Shown in pieces: positions 50,255 to 59,116 of a stretch of 64,000 nucleotides of DNA (position 1 is the stretch's first letter; each line of letters begins with the position of its first letter). Source of the stretch: Brevinematales bacterium (GTDB taxonomy: Bacteria; Spirochaetota; Brevinematia; Brevinematales; JAOACQ01); contig JAGVOW010000061.1 in NCBI GenBank assembly GCA_020052515.1, positions 8,685 through 72,684 on the forward strand, given 5' to 3'. Made by a program: the position numbers and the translations under genes. The notes beneath the pieces are model-generated. The model did not search any database. It worked only from the letters and a program-made list of their open reading frames with translations, and had not been told where the DNA came from.

Positions 50255-52075
50255 ATGACAGGGAACAATCATTCCTTTCATATACCCGTTATGGGTATCG
50301 GCTTTACGATTGATACTCCGCTTAAGGTAGCAAAATATGGGATATCTTCCGTGATATCGCTGGTAGATGACGCTCTGATAGAGAATGTCCGAAAAAAAAT
50401 ATGCGCTGATTTCAATTTGGAGTACAGCGAAATATCTTCGAGCGAACCGGATAGCCGGGCGAGAAGAATTACTGAATACTTGAATCTCTTAAACCGCCTG
50501 GTAAACCGGCAATTTGAGGCACTCAAAAACTCCGGTTTCGAAAATGGTTCTGAAATCACGATTTTCTTTAACTATTTACCAGATGACTCTCCGCTCAAGG
50601 TAATGTATCTGGAACAGGCAAAAACTCCAGACACAGCCAAACTGCAAAAACTTCGCGAAGATCTCCTGAAATTAATCAATCCAGGTGATATTGACGTCAA
50701 CATTATGGTAAAGCTAGACAAAAGTCACTACAAAAATGGGGGGGAATTAGCTCCAGAATACTCCGAAGCACTTTCAGCGTTACGCGGATACGCAAAAAGC
50801 GGCCTCTATTCATCCATCATACTTTCTGCCGGTTTTAATAGACGCCTTGCCGCTTATATGGAAAATTTTGACGATTTCTTCCCCGATGAGCAGGGATTTT
50901 TGAAAAAGAAAATTACGTTGAAAGTAAGCGATTTCCGCTCGGCTCAAACACAATCAAAGTTTTATGCTAAAAAAGGATTGTGGGTGTCTGAGTACCGCTT
51001 GGAGTCCGGCTTGAATTGTGGCGGACATGCCTTCGCGACAGAAGGAGAATTGATGGGGCCGATTTTAGAGGACTTTAAAACCAAAAGGCCCGAGTTGATA
51101 GGAACTAATTTTGAATATTACCAGAAAGCCATTGAAGAAAAAAAAGGCTTTACTTTAAAAAATCCTCCCGTCTCTTTGATAACAGCGCAGGGCGGCGTCG
51201 GTACTGCATCGGAGCATAGATTTCTCCGCAACTATTACCAGCTGGACAGCATTGGGTGGGGTTCCCCTTTCTTGCTTGTCCCTGAATCCGTGAATATTGA
51301 CGAGGGAACGCTAAAAAAACTGGCATCTGCCGGTGAAAATGAAATTCAATTGAGCAATATCTCTCCTCTGGGTGTGCGATTCTATACCCTGGTAAATTCT
51401 GAAAGCGAGCTCGCGAAAAAGAAAAGAATAGAATCTGGCAAGCCAGGAAGCCCTTGCACCAAAGGTTTCTTGATGCTGAACACAGAGCTGTCTGAGAAAC
51501 CGGTCTGCATCGCGTCAAACATTTACCAGCAATTAAAGATCAAATCTCTGCAAAATCAATCGCTCACTGATGCGCAATACCAGGAAAAATTTGCTGATGT
51601 GGTCGCGAAAGCATGCCTCTGCAAGGACCTTTCCGGTTCCGTTGAGATCAACTACGAATTAAAACCGGAAGCGGCTGAAAAACTGACTCCAGCTGTCTGC
51701 CCCGGCCCTAACCTGGCCTTTTTTTCAAAGATTTCTTCATTAAAAGATATGATCAGTCATATTTACGGAAGACTCAACCTCATTACACAGAAAAGGCCGC
51801 ATATTTTTATCAACGAATTAAAGCTTTATCTGAATCATTTAGTAAAAGACATCGCGGATTGTACAAAGGAACAATCGGCCCGAAAAACAGAAAGTCTGAG
51901 GAACACTTACCGTAATTTGCTCAATGGAATTGAATACTATAAAAAAATTGCGGCTCACTTTGCGGAAGAACCTGAAGACTTTAAAACCGCTTTCCAGCAA
52001 GGGCTGTCTGCATTAACAGAACAGCTGGAGAATACCGTTCGCAATAACCCAATCCTGAGCTCAGTCTCACCCTGA
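50255..52075 (+). CDS. Conserved hypothetical protein, probable flavin/Fe-S TIM-barrel oxidoreductase-like
   Basis: HIPVMG.GFTIDTP, LESGLNCGGHAF, AQGGVGT, GWGSPFLLVPE, SPLGV.F, KACLC, AVCPGPN. Confidence 0.6.
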   Translation: MTGNNHSFHIPVMGIGFTIDTPLKVAKYGISSVISLVDDALIENVRKKICADFNLEYSEISSSEPDSRARRITEYLNLLNRLVNRQFEALKNSGFENGSEITIFFNYLPDDSPLKVMYLEQAKTPDTAKLQKLREDLLKLINPGDIDVNIMVKLDKSHYKNGGELAPEYSEALSALRGYAKSGLYSSIILSAGFNRRLAAYMENFDDFFPDEQGFLKKKITLKVSDFRSAQTQSKFYAKKGLWVSEYRLESGLNCGGHAFATEGELMGPILEDFKTKRPELIGTNFEYYQKAIEEKKGFTLKNPPVSLITAQGGVGTASEHRFLRNYYQLDSIGWGSPFLLVPESVNIDEGTLKKLASAGENEIQLSNISPLGVRFYTLVNSESELAKKKRIESGKPGSPCTKGFLMLNTELSEKPVCIASNIYQQLKIKSLQNQSLTDAQYQEKFADVVAKACLCKDLSGSVEINYELKPEAAEKLTPAVCPGPNLAFFSKISSLKDMISHIYGRLNLITQKRPHIFINELKLYLNHLVKDIADCTKEQSARKTESLRNTYRNLLNGIEYYKKIAAHFAEEPEDFKTAFQQGLSALTEQLENTVRNNPILSSVSP

Positions 52076-52084
52076 TAAATAGCA

Positions 52085-53563
52085 TCAGCCCTTCTTCTTG
52101 TTCTCCATTGCTTTTTTATACAACTTTTCATATTCCAATACGCTTTTATCCCAGGAAAAATCTTTTGCCATCGCGTTCCGGATCAATAGTTCAAGATGGT
52201 GCTTTCTATCATAATAAGTACTGACCGCCCACCCCACCGTATAATAAACCGCATTCGCGCTCGCTTCATAAAAAACAAAGCCTGTTCCTTCCCCGGTGGC
52301 TTCACGATAGTTTTCCACTGTATCAGCAAGGCCGCCTGTAGCCCGGACAATCGGCAATGTTCCATATTTCAGCGAATAGATCTGATTCAGGCCGCAAGGT
52401 TCATAAAGCGAAGGCATAAGGAAGAAATCGCTTCCTGCCTCAATCAGATGGGCCAGTTCATTGTTGTAGCCGATGTAAGAGCCGATTATACCGCCGTAGC
52501 GCAAAGGAAGCCACTTAAAGAAATCTTCCAGCCTTTTGTCACCGGAACCCAAAATGACAAATTGTACCCGCATAGACTGCACTATATCTTCAATCGACTG
52601 GGCCAGAAGTTCCAATCCTTTTTGAGAAACAAAACGGCTGACTATGCCCACGATCGGAATATCCGGATTTTCCAGAAGGAGAAAACGCTTCTGCAATTCT
52701 TTTTTGCAGAAGGCTTTGCCTTCTTTATTTTCAATCGAATAGTTAGCGGGAATCAAATTGTCTGTCTCCGGGTCCCAATGCGCATAATCCACGCCATTGA
52801 GGATGCCTGTATAATTCTCGCCCCGGTCGTTTAAATACTGCGCGAGGCCATATCCGCCGTCAGAAGTTTTCGTTTCCATGGCATAAGTAGGACTGACTGT
52901 ATTAACAATATCCGCGAACACAATCCCGCCCTTTAAGAAATTGACGCTCCCAAAACATTCCAGTTTGTCCCAGGTAAAATTCCTTTCACCCAGGCCGATA
53001 TAGCCATAATGAGATTTTGGATAAATCCCCTGATAAGCCATATTGTGTATGGTTAAGACACTCGCGGCTTTGCCCAGAATGGGATCATCCCAGTGCCAGA
53101 CCTTTAAATAAGCCGGAATTAACGCAGTCTGCCAGTCATTCGTGTGAATAATATCGGGAGAAAAATCAATATCCCGGCAAAGCTGGAGAGCCGCGCGCGA
53201 AAAAAAAGCAAAACGCCTCGGATTGTCTAAATAATCATTAAAATCTTCATCATGGTAAAGGCCGCTTCTTTCAAAGTAGAGATTAAATTCAATTAAATAA
53301 AGCGTTACTCCATCCATTTCTGTTTTATGAACCGTACACCATTCCTCGCGATCCCCCATCCACACTCCCATATTGTGAATAAAAGGTTCTATTTTGTATT
53401 TTCGGACATCAAGAAAAGAATATTTCGGAATCACGACACGCACATCATAGCCCCGTTTTTTCAAGGCCTTGGGCAAAGACCCAGCGACATCCGCCAGGCC
53501 GCCTGTTTTAGCGTAAGGAGCGCATTCTGAAGAAACTATTAAGACATTGTGCTTCTTTTTCAT
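52085..53563 (-). CDS. glgA: Glycogen synthase (ADP-glucose type)
   Basis: KTGGLADV, HTNDWQT, TIHN.AYQG, ILNGVDY, SRF..QKG, MPS.YEPCGLNQ. Confidence 0.96.
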   Translation of the reverse strand: MKKKHNVLIVSSECAPYAKTGGLADVAGSLPKALKKRGYDVRVVIPKYSFLDVRKYKIEPFIHNMGVWMGDREEWCTVHKTEMDGVTLYLIEFNLYFERSGLYHDEDFNDYLDNPRRFAFFSRAALQLCRDIDFSPDIIHTNDWQTALIPAYLKVWHWDDPILGKAASVLTIHNMAYQGIYPKSHYGYIGLGERNFTWDKLECFGSVNFLKGGIVFADIVNTVSPTYAMETKTSDGGYGLAQYLNDRGENYTGILNGVDYAHWDPETDNLIPANYSIENKEGKAFCKKELQKRFLLLENPDIPIVGIVSRFVSQKGLELLAQSIEDIVQSMRVQFVILGSGDKRLEDFFKWLPLRYGGIIGSYIGYNNELAHLIEAGSDFFLMPSLYEPCGLNQIYSLKYGTLPIVRATGGLADTVENYREATGEGTGFVFYEASANAVYYTVGWAVSTYYDRKHHLELLIRNAMAKDFSWDKSVLEYEKLYKKAMENKKKG

Positions 53564-53585
53564 AGAACATCCTTATGAAAATTTT

Positions 53586-53816
53586 GCCTTCTTCCCCATC
53601 TTCGTGCCGTTCTATCGTTCCTTCAACCCATTCGCTCATTGCTTCGATCTATTCTTCCATTCCTACGAGCCATTTATCCGTATCTTCATGCCGTTCCGTC
53701 GTTCCCGCGAGCCGTTCCTTCATTTCCACGAGCTATTCTTCTGTTCCTACAAGCCGTTTATCCATTCCTACGAACCGTTCTCTCATTGCTTCACGCCGTT
53801 TCTTCATTCCGGCGAT
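53586..53816. repeat. Degenerate 21-bp tandem array, 11 units
   Basis: Units in exact 21-nt register, consensus CCRTTYnnYCRTTnCTnCRnG (e.g. CCGTTTATCCATTCCTACGAA, CTATTCTTCCATTCCTACGAG). Confidence 0.9.
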
Positions 53817-53876
53817 GACGTTACAGCCCCCTGCCCATACTGGCTGTCGCTAAGGCGCGGTTAATCTTCTCAATAT

Positions 53877-53905
53877 ATTTTAACTCTTTTCTCTTATAAA
53901 GACAA
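53877..53905 (-). promoter_or_regulatory. Putative sigma70 promoter of glgA, upstream of the array
   Basis: TTGTCT-N17-TAAAAT on the minus strand. Confidence 0.5.
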
Positions 53906-53923
53906 TATCCTGATCTTAATTCT

Positions 53924-54385
53924 TTACATCACCAGATCAATAATCAAGCCGCGGATATGGTTGGCCAGTTTCAAATAAGACAATCTGTCTTTCTCGCCAG
54001 ACAGGATCAGCCTTGCCAGTTCAGCCATATCCTCATCAATGGTTTCTACTGTTTTGTATAGTTTTTGTTTGGAGAAGCTTATCCGGGAAACGGTGTCTTT
54101 TACCTCAAGGTTTTTTTGAATCAGAGAAATAAAAAGTTGAATGTGTTTTTTATAGCGGTTGAAATTCTCCGGGTCCGGGTTGGTTGAGAGGCTTTCGCCG
54201 ATCTGCTCAATGAGGCCAGCGAGGTTCTTTAAATCGGCATTTTCTCCCTCTTCAAAAGAAAGCTCCGGCGCCGCTTCATTTTCAATGTCTTTGAGCGTGT
54301 CCAGAAAGCTGGCTTCAGCATTTACTGGTTTTTTTCCTTTTTTCAATTGCTCTTTTGTGGAAACAAAACGGTTTTCAACGCGCAT
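53924..54385 (-). CDS. YaaR/DUF327 family protein
   Basis: SFLDTL..IEQIGESL..P..F.RYK..I..FI..V..ID..L..IRGLIIDL. Confidence 0.8.
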   Translation of the reverse strand: MRVENRFVSTKEQLKKGKKPVNAEASFLDTLKDIENEAAPELSFEEGENADLKNLAGLIEQIGESLSTNPDPENFNRYKKHIQLFISLIQKNLEVKDTVSRISFSKQKLYKTVETIDEDMAELARLILSGEKDRLSYLKLANHIRGLIIDLVM

Positions 54386-55160
54386 TTTTATTTTCCTTTT
54401 CAATATACGCGTAAGCATTGTGGTTGTGGATAGATTCAAAATTTGTCACTTCTACTGAATACCAGAGAATACGATTGTCCTGATTTAAGAGTGTCACGAC
54501 ATCTCTGGCCGCGTCTTCCACAAATCTGGGATTTTGATACGCCATTTCTGTTATGTATTTTTCATCCTCTCTTTTGAGCAGTGTAAAAAGCGGAGCGGAA
54601 GCCGACTTCTCCGCGATATCAATTAATTCTTCAAACCAGACCATTTTAGAAGCAATCACCCGGATCTTCATTACGCCCCTTTGATTGTGAGCCCCCTCGC
54701 TGCTAATTTCCTTCGAACATGGGCAAAGACTATGGACCGGAACATCCACCTCAATGATCAGCTCTAATTTCTCGCTTTTTCCTAATTTAGCTTCCACACG
54801 GCAGATATATTCCATCGGGCTTTCTATTTTTGAAACAGGCGCTTTTTTGTAAATAAAATAGGGGAATTCCAGTTCCAGATGGGAAGTCTCACAGTTAAAG
54901 GTTTTTCTCATGTCTTTAAGAATTTGATCCAGGCCTTCCTGTTTGAGATTGATATTGTGACGGCTGATCACTTCAATAAAACGGCTCATATGGGTGCCGC
55001 GATAATGATGAGGCAGATCGACGTACATATTGATCCTGGCTATCGTATGCTGAGGCTTGCCGCTTCTATCCAGAACGCTGATCGGAAAACTGAGTTGATT
55101 GATCCCGACTTTATTGATAGGAAGATTTCGTGTGTCTCTTTCACTCTGAACATCTTTCAC
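54375..55160 (-). CDS. folE2: GTP cyclohydrolase I, FolE2 type
   Basis: DVQ..INKVGI, RGTHMSRF, SLCPCSKEIS..GAHNQR, LKREDEK, NPRFVED, FESIHNHNA. Confidence 0.95.
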   Translation of the reverse strand: MKDVQSERDTRNLPINKVGINQLSFPISVLDRSGKPQHTIARINMYVDLPHHYRGTHMSRFIEVISRHNINLKQEGLDQILKDMRKTFNCETSHLELEFPYFIYKKAPVSKIESPMEYICRVEAKLGKSEKLELIIEVDVPVHSLCPCSKEISSEGAHNQRGVMKIRVIASKMVWFEELIDIAEKSASAPLFTLLKREDEKYITEMAYQNPRFVEDAARDVVTLLNQDNRILWYSVEVTNFESIHNHNAYAYIEKENKNAR

Positions 55161-55522
55161 TTTTTCTCATTCCTCCTGCTCACAAAGCTGGATTCCGTTT
55201 CCCAGAGAATGATTTCATAAAGCTTGTAATGGTCAGATTTCAAAGGCTTATCGATCTTTTCCCAGATCCAATCGGCAATATTTTCCGCGGTGGATTGCTC
55301 GATTATTTCATTGATATAATGGTGGTCCAATTCTTCCAGAACTTTTTCCTCAACTATCTGTTTAAATACTCCAAAATCAATAATCATCCCGCTGTCCGGA
55401 TCAGGAACGCCTTCCAGCGTCACACGAAGTTTGTAAGTATGCCCATGGAGATTCTCACATTTGCCCTTATAACGAATGAGATTGTGAGCCGCGTCAAAAT
55501 GAAATTCTTTTGAAATATACAT
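55157..55522 (-). CDS. queD: 6-carboxytetrahydropterin synthase (QueD/PTPS)
   Basis: FDAAH, KCENLHGHTY, IIDF, LDH..IN, STAENIA, LWET. Confidence 0.92.
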   Translation of the reverse strand: MYISKEFHFDAAHNLIRYKGKCENLHGHTYKLRVTLEGVPDPDSGMIIDFGVFKQIVEEKVLEELDHHYINEIIEQSTAENIADWIWEKIDKPLKSDHYKLYEIILWETESSFVSRRNEKK

Positions 55523-55529
55523 AAATATT

Positions 55530-56474
55530 CTACTTTACCGCTTTCAATACTTTTCTATAAATATCTTCCGCGGTGAGGCCAAAGTGTTTGAAAAGGCCCG
55601 CTGGTGTTCCCGATTCACCAAATGCATCCATCATCCCGATCCGAAACACACGAGTAGGATACTCTTCGGACAGCACCTCGCTTACCGCTCCGCCCAACCC
55701 GCCGATAATGCTGTGCTCTTCGACTGTCACAACGAGCCGTGAGGATTTCGCGATACGGATCAAAGCATCATGGTCAATCGGCTTTACCGAAGCAAAATCC
55801 GCGACCAGCGTCGAAAGGCCCTGCGCCTCCAGCAATTTTGACGCTTCGATCGCTTCCGGCACCATCATCCCAATAGCGATCAGCGCCACATCGGCTTTAT
55901 TCGCTTCTTTAATAATATTCGCTTTTCCATCTTCAAAATGATAGCTGTCGTCATAAATAACCGGAGATTTCGGACGGCTCAACCGGATATAAACAGGCCC
56001 TTTTACAGCAACCGCTTCCCGGACAATTCTGCCGGCGGAAACAGAATCTGCCGGCACATAAATGTGCATATTTGGAATAGCCCGGAGAATAGCAATGTCT
56101 TCCACTGTCTGATGAGAAAGCCCATCTTCTCCTACTGAAATGCCCGCATGGGTCGCAGCAATTTTTACATTCAAATTCTGAGCAGCTATAGAGTTACGAA
56201 TCTGTTCAAAAGGCCTGAGCACAGCAAACATCGCAAAACTACTGGCAAAAACCACTTTCCCGGAAAGAGCCAATCCCGCGGCAAAGCCCATCATGTTCGC
56301 TTCCGCTATGCCGAGATTAAAAAACCGGTCTGGAAATTCTTTCGCGAAAACACTGGTTTTAGTAGAGCCGGATAAATCCGCGTCTAAAACCACAATGTTT
56401 TTATTTTCCCTTCCCAGTTCCGCAAGAGTCTTTCCATAAAAATCCCTGGTTGCCTGCATCTCGAGCTTGCTCAT
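55530..56474 (-). CDS. Transketolase, C-terminal (pyrimidine-binding) subunit
   Basis: LDADLSGST, GIAEANM, GEDGLSHQ, PVYIRLSR, TVEEHSIIGGLG. Confidence 0.93.
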   Translation of the reverse strand: MSKLEMQATRDFYGKTLAELGRENKNIVVLDADLSGSTKTSVFAKEFPDRFFNLGIAEANMMGFAAGLALSGKVVFASSFAMFAVLRPFEQIRNSIAAQNLNVKIAATHAGISVGEDGLSHQTVEDIAILRAIPNMHIYVPADSVSAGRIVREAVAVKGPVYIRLSRPKSPVIYDDSYHFEDGKANIIKEANKADVALIAIGMMVPEAIEASKLLEAQGLSTLVADFASVKPIDHDALIRIAKSSRLVVTVEEHSIIGGLGGAVSEVLSEEYPTRVFRIGMMDAFGESGTPAGLFKHFGLTAEDIYRKVLKAVK

Positions 56475-57331
56475 TTTTCCTCCAGCCAATTCTCTAAAGA
56501 TTCAACACAGCCCAGTTCTTCAATGGCTTTGATTGCCTCATCCTTCGTGGGCGCGGCGCCATGCCATTCGCATTTATTTTCCATAAAAGAAACACATTTT
56601 CCTTTAATCGTATGAGAAATAATCACCGTGGGTTTTTTAGACCCGCGATTTGAAACAAAGAACTCCACAGCCTTTTCTATTTCATCAAATTTATGCCCAT
56701 TAATTTCCATAGTATTCCAATTAAAAGAGGCGAATTTTTCCGCGATGGGGTAAACGCTCATAACATCTGAAACCAGCCCATCAATTTGAAGTTCATTATT
56801 ATCGACGAACAGACAGACATTGTCCAATTCGAAGTGCGGAATCGCCATGGCCGCTTCCCATATCTGGCCTTCCTGGATCTCGCCATCTCCCGCTAAAACA
56901 AAAACGCTATAATCTTTCTTATCCATCTTTCCCGCCAGAGCAATCCCTCCAGCTATGGAAAGGCCCTGCCCTAAAGAGCCTGTGGAACTGTCCAGGCCAG
57001 GCAATTTGCGGCTGTCAGGATGCCCCTGCAATGGACTACCCAGTTTTCGTAAGGTCTTCAATAGTTTTTTTGGGAAAAAATTTACCGCGGCTAGCACCGC
57101 ATAAAGAGCGGGAGCCGCATGCCCCTTCGAAAGAATAAACCGGTCTCTTTCTTCCCAATAAGGATTTGCGGAATCAAATTTCATCACTTCAAAAAAAAGA
57201 TAGGCAATCACATCTATTGCTGAAAGAGAACCTCCAGGATGGCCGCTGCTCGACTCCGATAGCATCAAGACAATATCCCTGCGAAGTTTATTTACCCGAA
57301 CTTCCAAAAAGGCCCTTTTTTTTGGGTTCAT
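56471..57331 (-). CDS. Transketolase, N-terminal (ThDP-binding) subunit
   Basis: GHPGGSLS, DRFILSKGH, LQGHP, STGSLGQG, GDGEIQEGQIWE, WHG. Confidence 0.94.
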   Translation of the reverse strand: MNPKKRAFLEVRVNKLRRDIVLMLSESSSGHPGGSLSAIDVIAYLFFEVMKFDSANPYWEERDRFILSKGHAAPALYAVLAAVNFFPKKLLKTLRKLGSPLQGHPDSRKLPGLDSSTGSLGQGLSIAGGIALAGKMDKKDYSVFVLAGDGEIQEGQIWEAAMAIPHFELDNVCLFVDNNELQIDGLVSDVMSVYPIAEKFASFNWNTMEINGHKFDEIEKAVEFFVSNRGSKKPTVIISHTIKGKCVSFMENKCEWHGAAPTKDEAIKAIEELGCVESLENWLEEK

Positions 57332-57401
57332 TCCTTTCTCCCCCGCAACGATTCTTAGGTAATATTTTAATGGGAAAGAGAAGAAATGTAAAATTATTTT
57401 A

Positions 57402-58853
57402 TCAGGAATAAAATGTGAGGTGCTTCTTGCCGTTCTTTAGGATCGTAATGTGATTGCGGTTCGAATCAATGACTACCTGAATGGTTTTTCCGCCGGAAGA
57501 ACGAGTGATCTCAAAGTCAGAGAGTCTTTTATTAAAATTAAAACCATCCTGTCGATGATCGCTTAAAGGCGAAGCTTTCTTTTTTAAGCACAAAATATCC
57601 TTATAAAAAGAACTGGAAGAAGCTTCTTTTTCAACCCACTCATATTCTTCCTGCCCGGAAGCGGTCATGGGCACACCGGGGGTAAAAAACTGAACTGCTT
57701 GAAAAGGCATTCTACTTTCCCCGGAAAAAGTAAACCCGGGCGTTTGAGTCGTATAATTTTCCAGGAAAATAAGCCTTTTTGAATTTTGAGGGTAATACTG
57801 GTATTGCGTAAGAATATAATTATTTATCTCTTCCACACCATAATATTTTTTATGAATTCGGTCCATAACGCCGCTAAAGCTCCAGTCATAAATCAAATCA
57901 AAGCCTACTGAATAAAGCTCCGGACTTTCTTCTTCTGCCATCATAACGATATCTTTTTTGAGTAAACGCAAACAAGAGATAACTTCTCTTAAATTTTCTA
58001 TTTGAATGTATGATAAAACATGGAGCCGATACCCGTCAACATGATATTCCTTGACCCAATATCCAAGAATACCTTTCAAAAGCGTTGTCTTTTTTGGAGC
58101 GCTGATTGACCTATTTAAAACAAAATCCACGATCACCCGGATATTCAATCGATGCGCTTCCTCTACCAATTTCTGAAAATCAAGTTTACTTCCCAGCAAT
58201 TGATTTATTTCATAATAATCCGAAGCTTTGCTGATCTTAGTGAGATCCTGGATCGGGCCAAGCCAGATTGTATTAATCCCTGTTTCCTTCAAAGAAAAAA
58301 GTCTTTTCTTTAGTTCCTGAAAACCAATAATCTGTGAAGAGTCTTTTGGATGCGCGGAATAAATAACCGCATCATCGAGCCATTTGGGAGAATGAATGAC
58401 AGTTTTTCTGGCAATTTCCGGCACAGAAACTTCCTCCATTACATAGACGTATTTCCACAAGCCGGCCGTTTCTTCCCGAATATTCTCAAATTTGACAATT
58501 AAAGTATTTTCTTCCTGAATCGCTTCTGTCACATCAAAAACCTGCTTGCCAGAAGAAAGCTTGGTCTTGCCGGTCAGTTTTCCATTAAGCCAGATTTTAC
58601 CCTCATCCACACCAAAGAAAACAAGATAAACAAAGTATTCCTCACTTTTAGAAAAAGGAAAATCTTTTTTCACCCAGGCACTTTTTAAGCCCCGGAATAA
58701 TTTTGAAAAAATAGGATTAGGCACCTCATAAGACTGGCATAAAGAAACATTTTCTTTTGATTTCCAGGATTCTGGAAGATAGAAAAGATCCTTTTCCCCT
58801 TTATTATCTAAATCAGGCAAAAAATCCCAATTGCCTTTTAGATTTATTTCCAT
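57402..58853 (-). CDS. GH2-type sugar-binding domain + degenerate GH13 alpha-amylase-like barrel
   Basis: LKGNWDF, F.GVD..IWLNG..G, GLWKYVY; then GINTIWL.PI, DYY.I..LG..DF..LV..AH...IRVIVDFVLN, VDGYR, FDL.YD, FLEN, PGVPM..GQE. Confidence 0.75.
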   Translation of the reverse strand: MEINLKGNWDFLPDLDNKGEKDLFYLPESWKSKENVSLCQSYEVPNPIFSKLFRGLKSAWVKKDFPFSKSEEYFVYLVFFGVDEGKIWLNGKLTGKTKLSSGKQVFDVTEAIQEENTLIVKFENIREETAGLWKYVYVMEEVSVPEIARKTVIHSPKWLDDAVIYSAHPKDSSQIIGFQELKKRLFSLKETGINTIWLGPIQDLTKISKASDYYEINQLLGSKLDFQKLVEEAHRLNIRVIVDFVLNRSISAPKKTTLLKGILGYWVKEYHVDGYRLHVLSYIQIENLREVISCLRLLKKDIVMMAEEESPELYSVGFDLIYDWSFSGVMDRIHKKYYGVEEINNYILTQYQYYPQNSKRLIFLENYTTQTPGFTFSGESRMPFQAVQFFTPGVPMTASGQEEYEWVEKEASSSSFYKDILCLKKKASPLSDHRQDGFNFNKRLSDFEITRSSGGKTIQVVIDSNRNHITILKNGKKHLTFYS

Positions 58854-58858
58854 TCTTT

Positions 58859-58928
58859 CTCCTATGAGAAAAATTGCAGTGCAATTTTTCGGCTATTTTC
58901 AAACTTTTTACTGATATAATAATCCAAT
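58859..58928 (-). promoter_or_regulatory. Repeated hairpin+SD leader element (family F), copy 2
   Basis: CTCCTATGAGAAAAATTGC-AGT-GCAATTTTTCGGC..ATAATAATCCAAT. Confidence 0.65.
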
Positions 58929-58974
58929 TCCGTTTGTAGAGACGAACGACCGTTGGTCTCTACAAACGGAATTG
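58925..58974. repeat. GTAG-type REP-like hairpin (family G)
   Basis: 19-bp perfect arms CAATTCCGTTTGTAGAGAC / GTCTCTACAAACGGAATTG. Confidence 0.85.
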
Positions 58975-59082
58975 CGCTCGATTTATCATACCAGCTTCTA
59001 ATCCGAAAGCTTATTTTACTTTTATATTATAAACCAGTCTTTACAAATTTGTATCACCCCCGACGGGTGAAGCGTTTTCTTG

Positions 59083-59111
59083 TTGACAAAATAGTGAAAA
59101 AAAATTAAACT
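59083..59111 (+). promoter_or_regulatory. Sigma70 promoter of PIN-PhoH (probably leaderless)
   Basis: TTGACA-N17-TAAACT, 5 nt before the ATG; no SD. Confidence 0.65.
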
Positions 59112-59116
59112 AACTT

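Noticed and set aside
53640-53760. Amber recoding of the two TAG codons in the heptad frame
   Set aside because: TAG ends normal genes here (galE, DUF4159) and the frame has no start codon.
53586-53816. CRISPR array or DGR template/variable repeat
   Set aside because: Units are contiguous with no unique spacers. Variation is not adenine-specific. No cas or reverse transcriptase gene is in the window.
53547-53864. Plus-strand ORFs of 105 and 92 aa over the array
   Set aside because: Open only because the strand is pyrimidine-rich; no SD, and one overlaps the glgA start.
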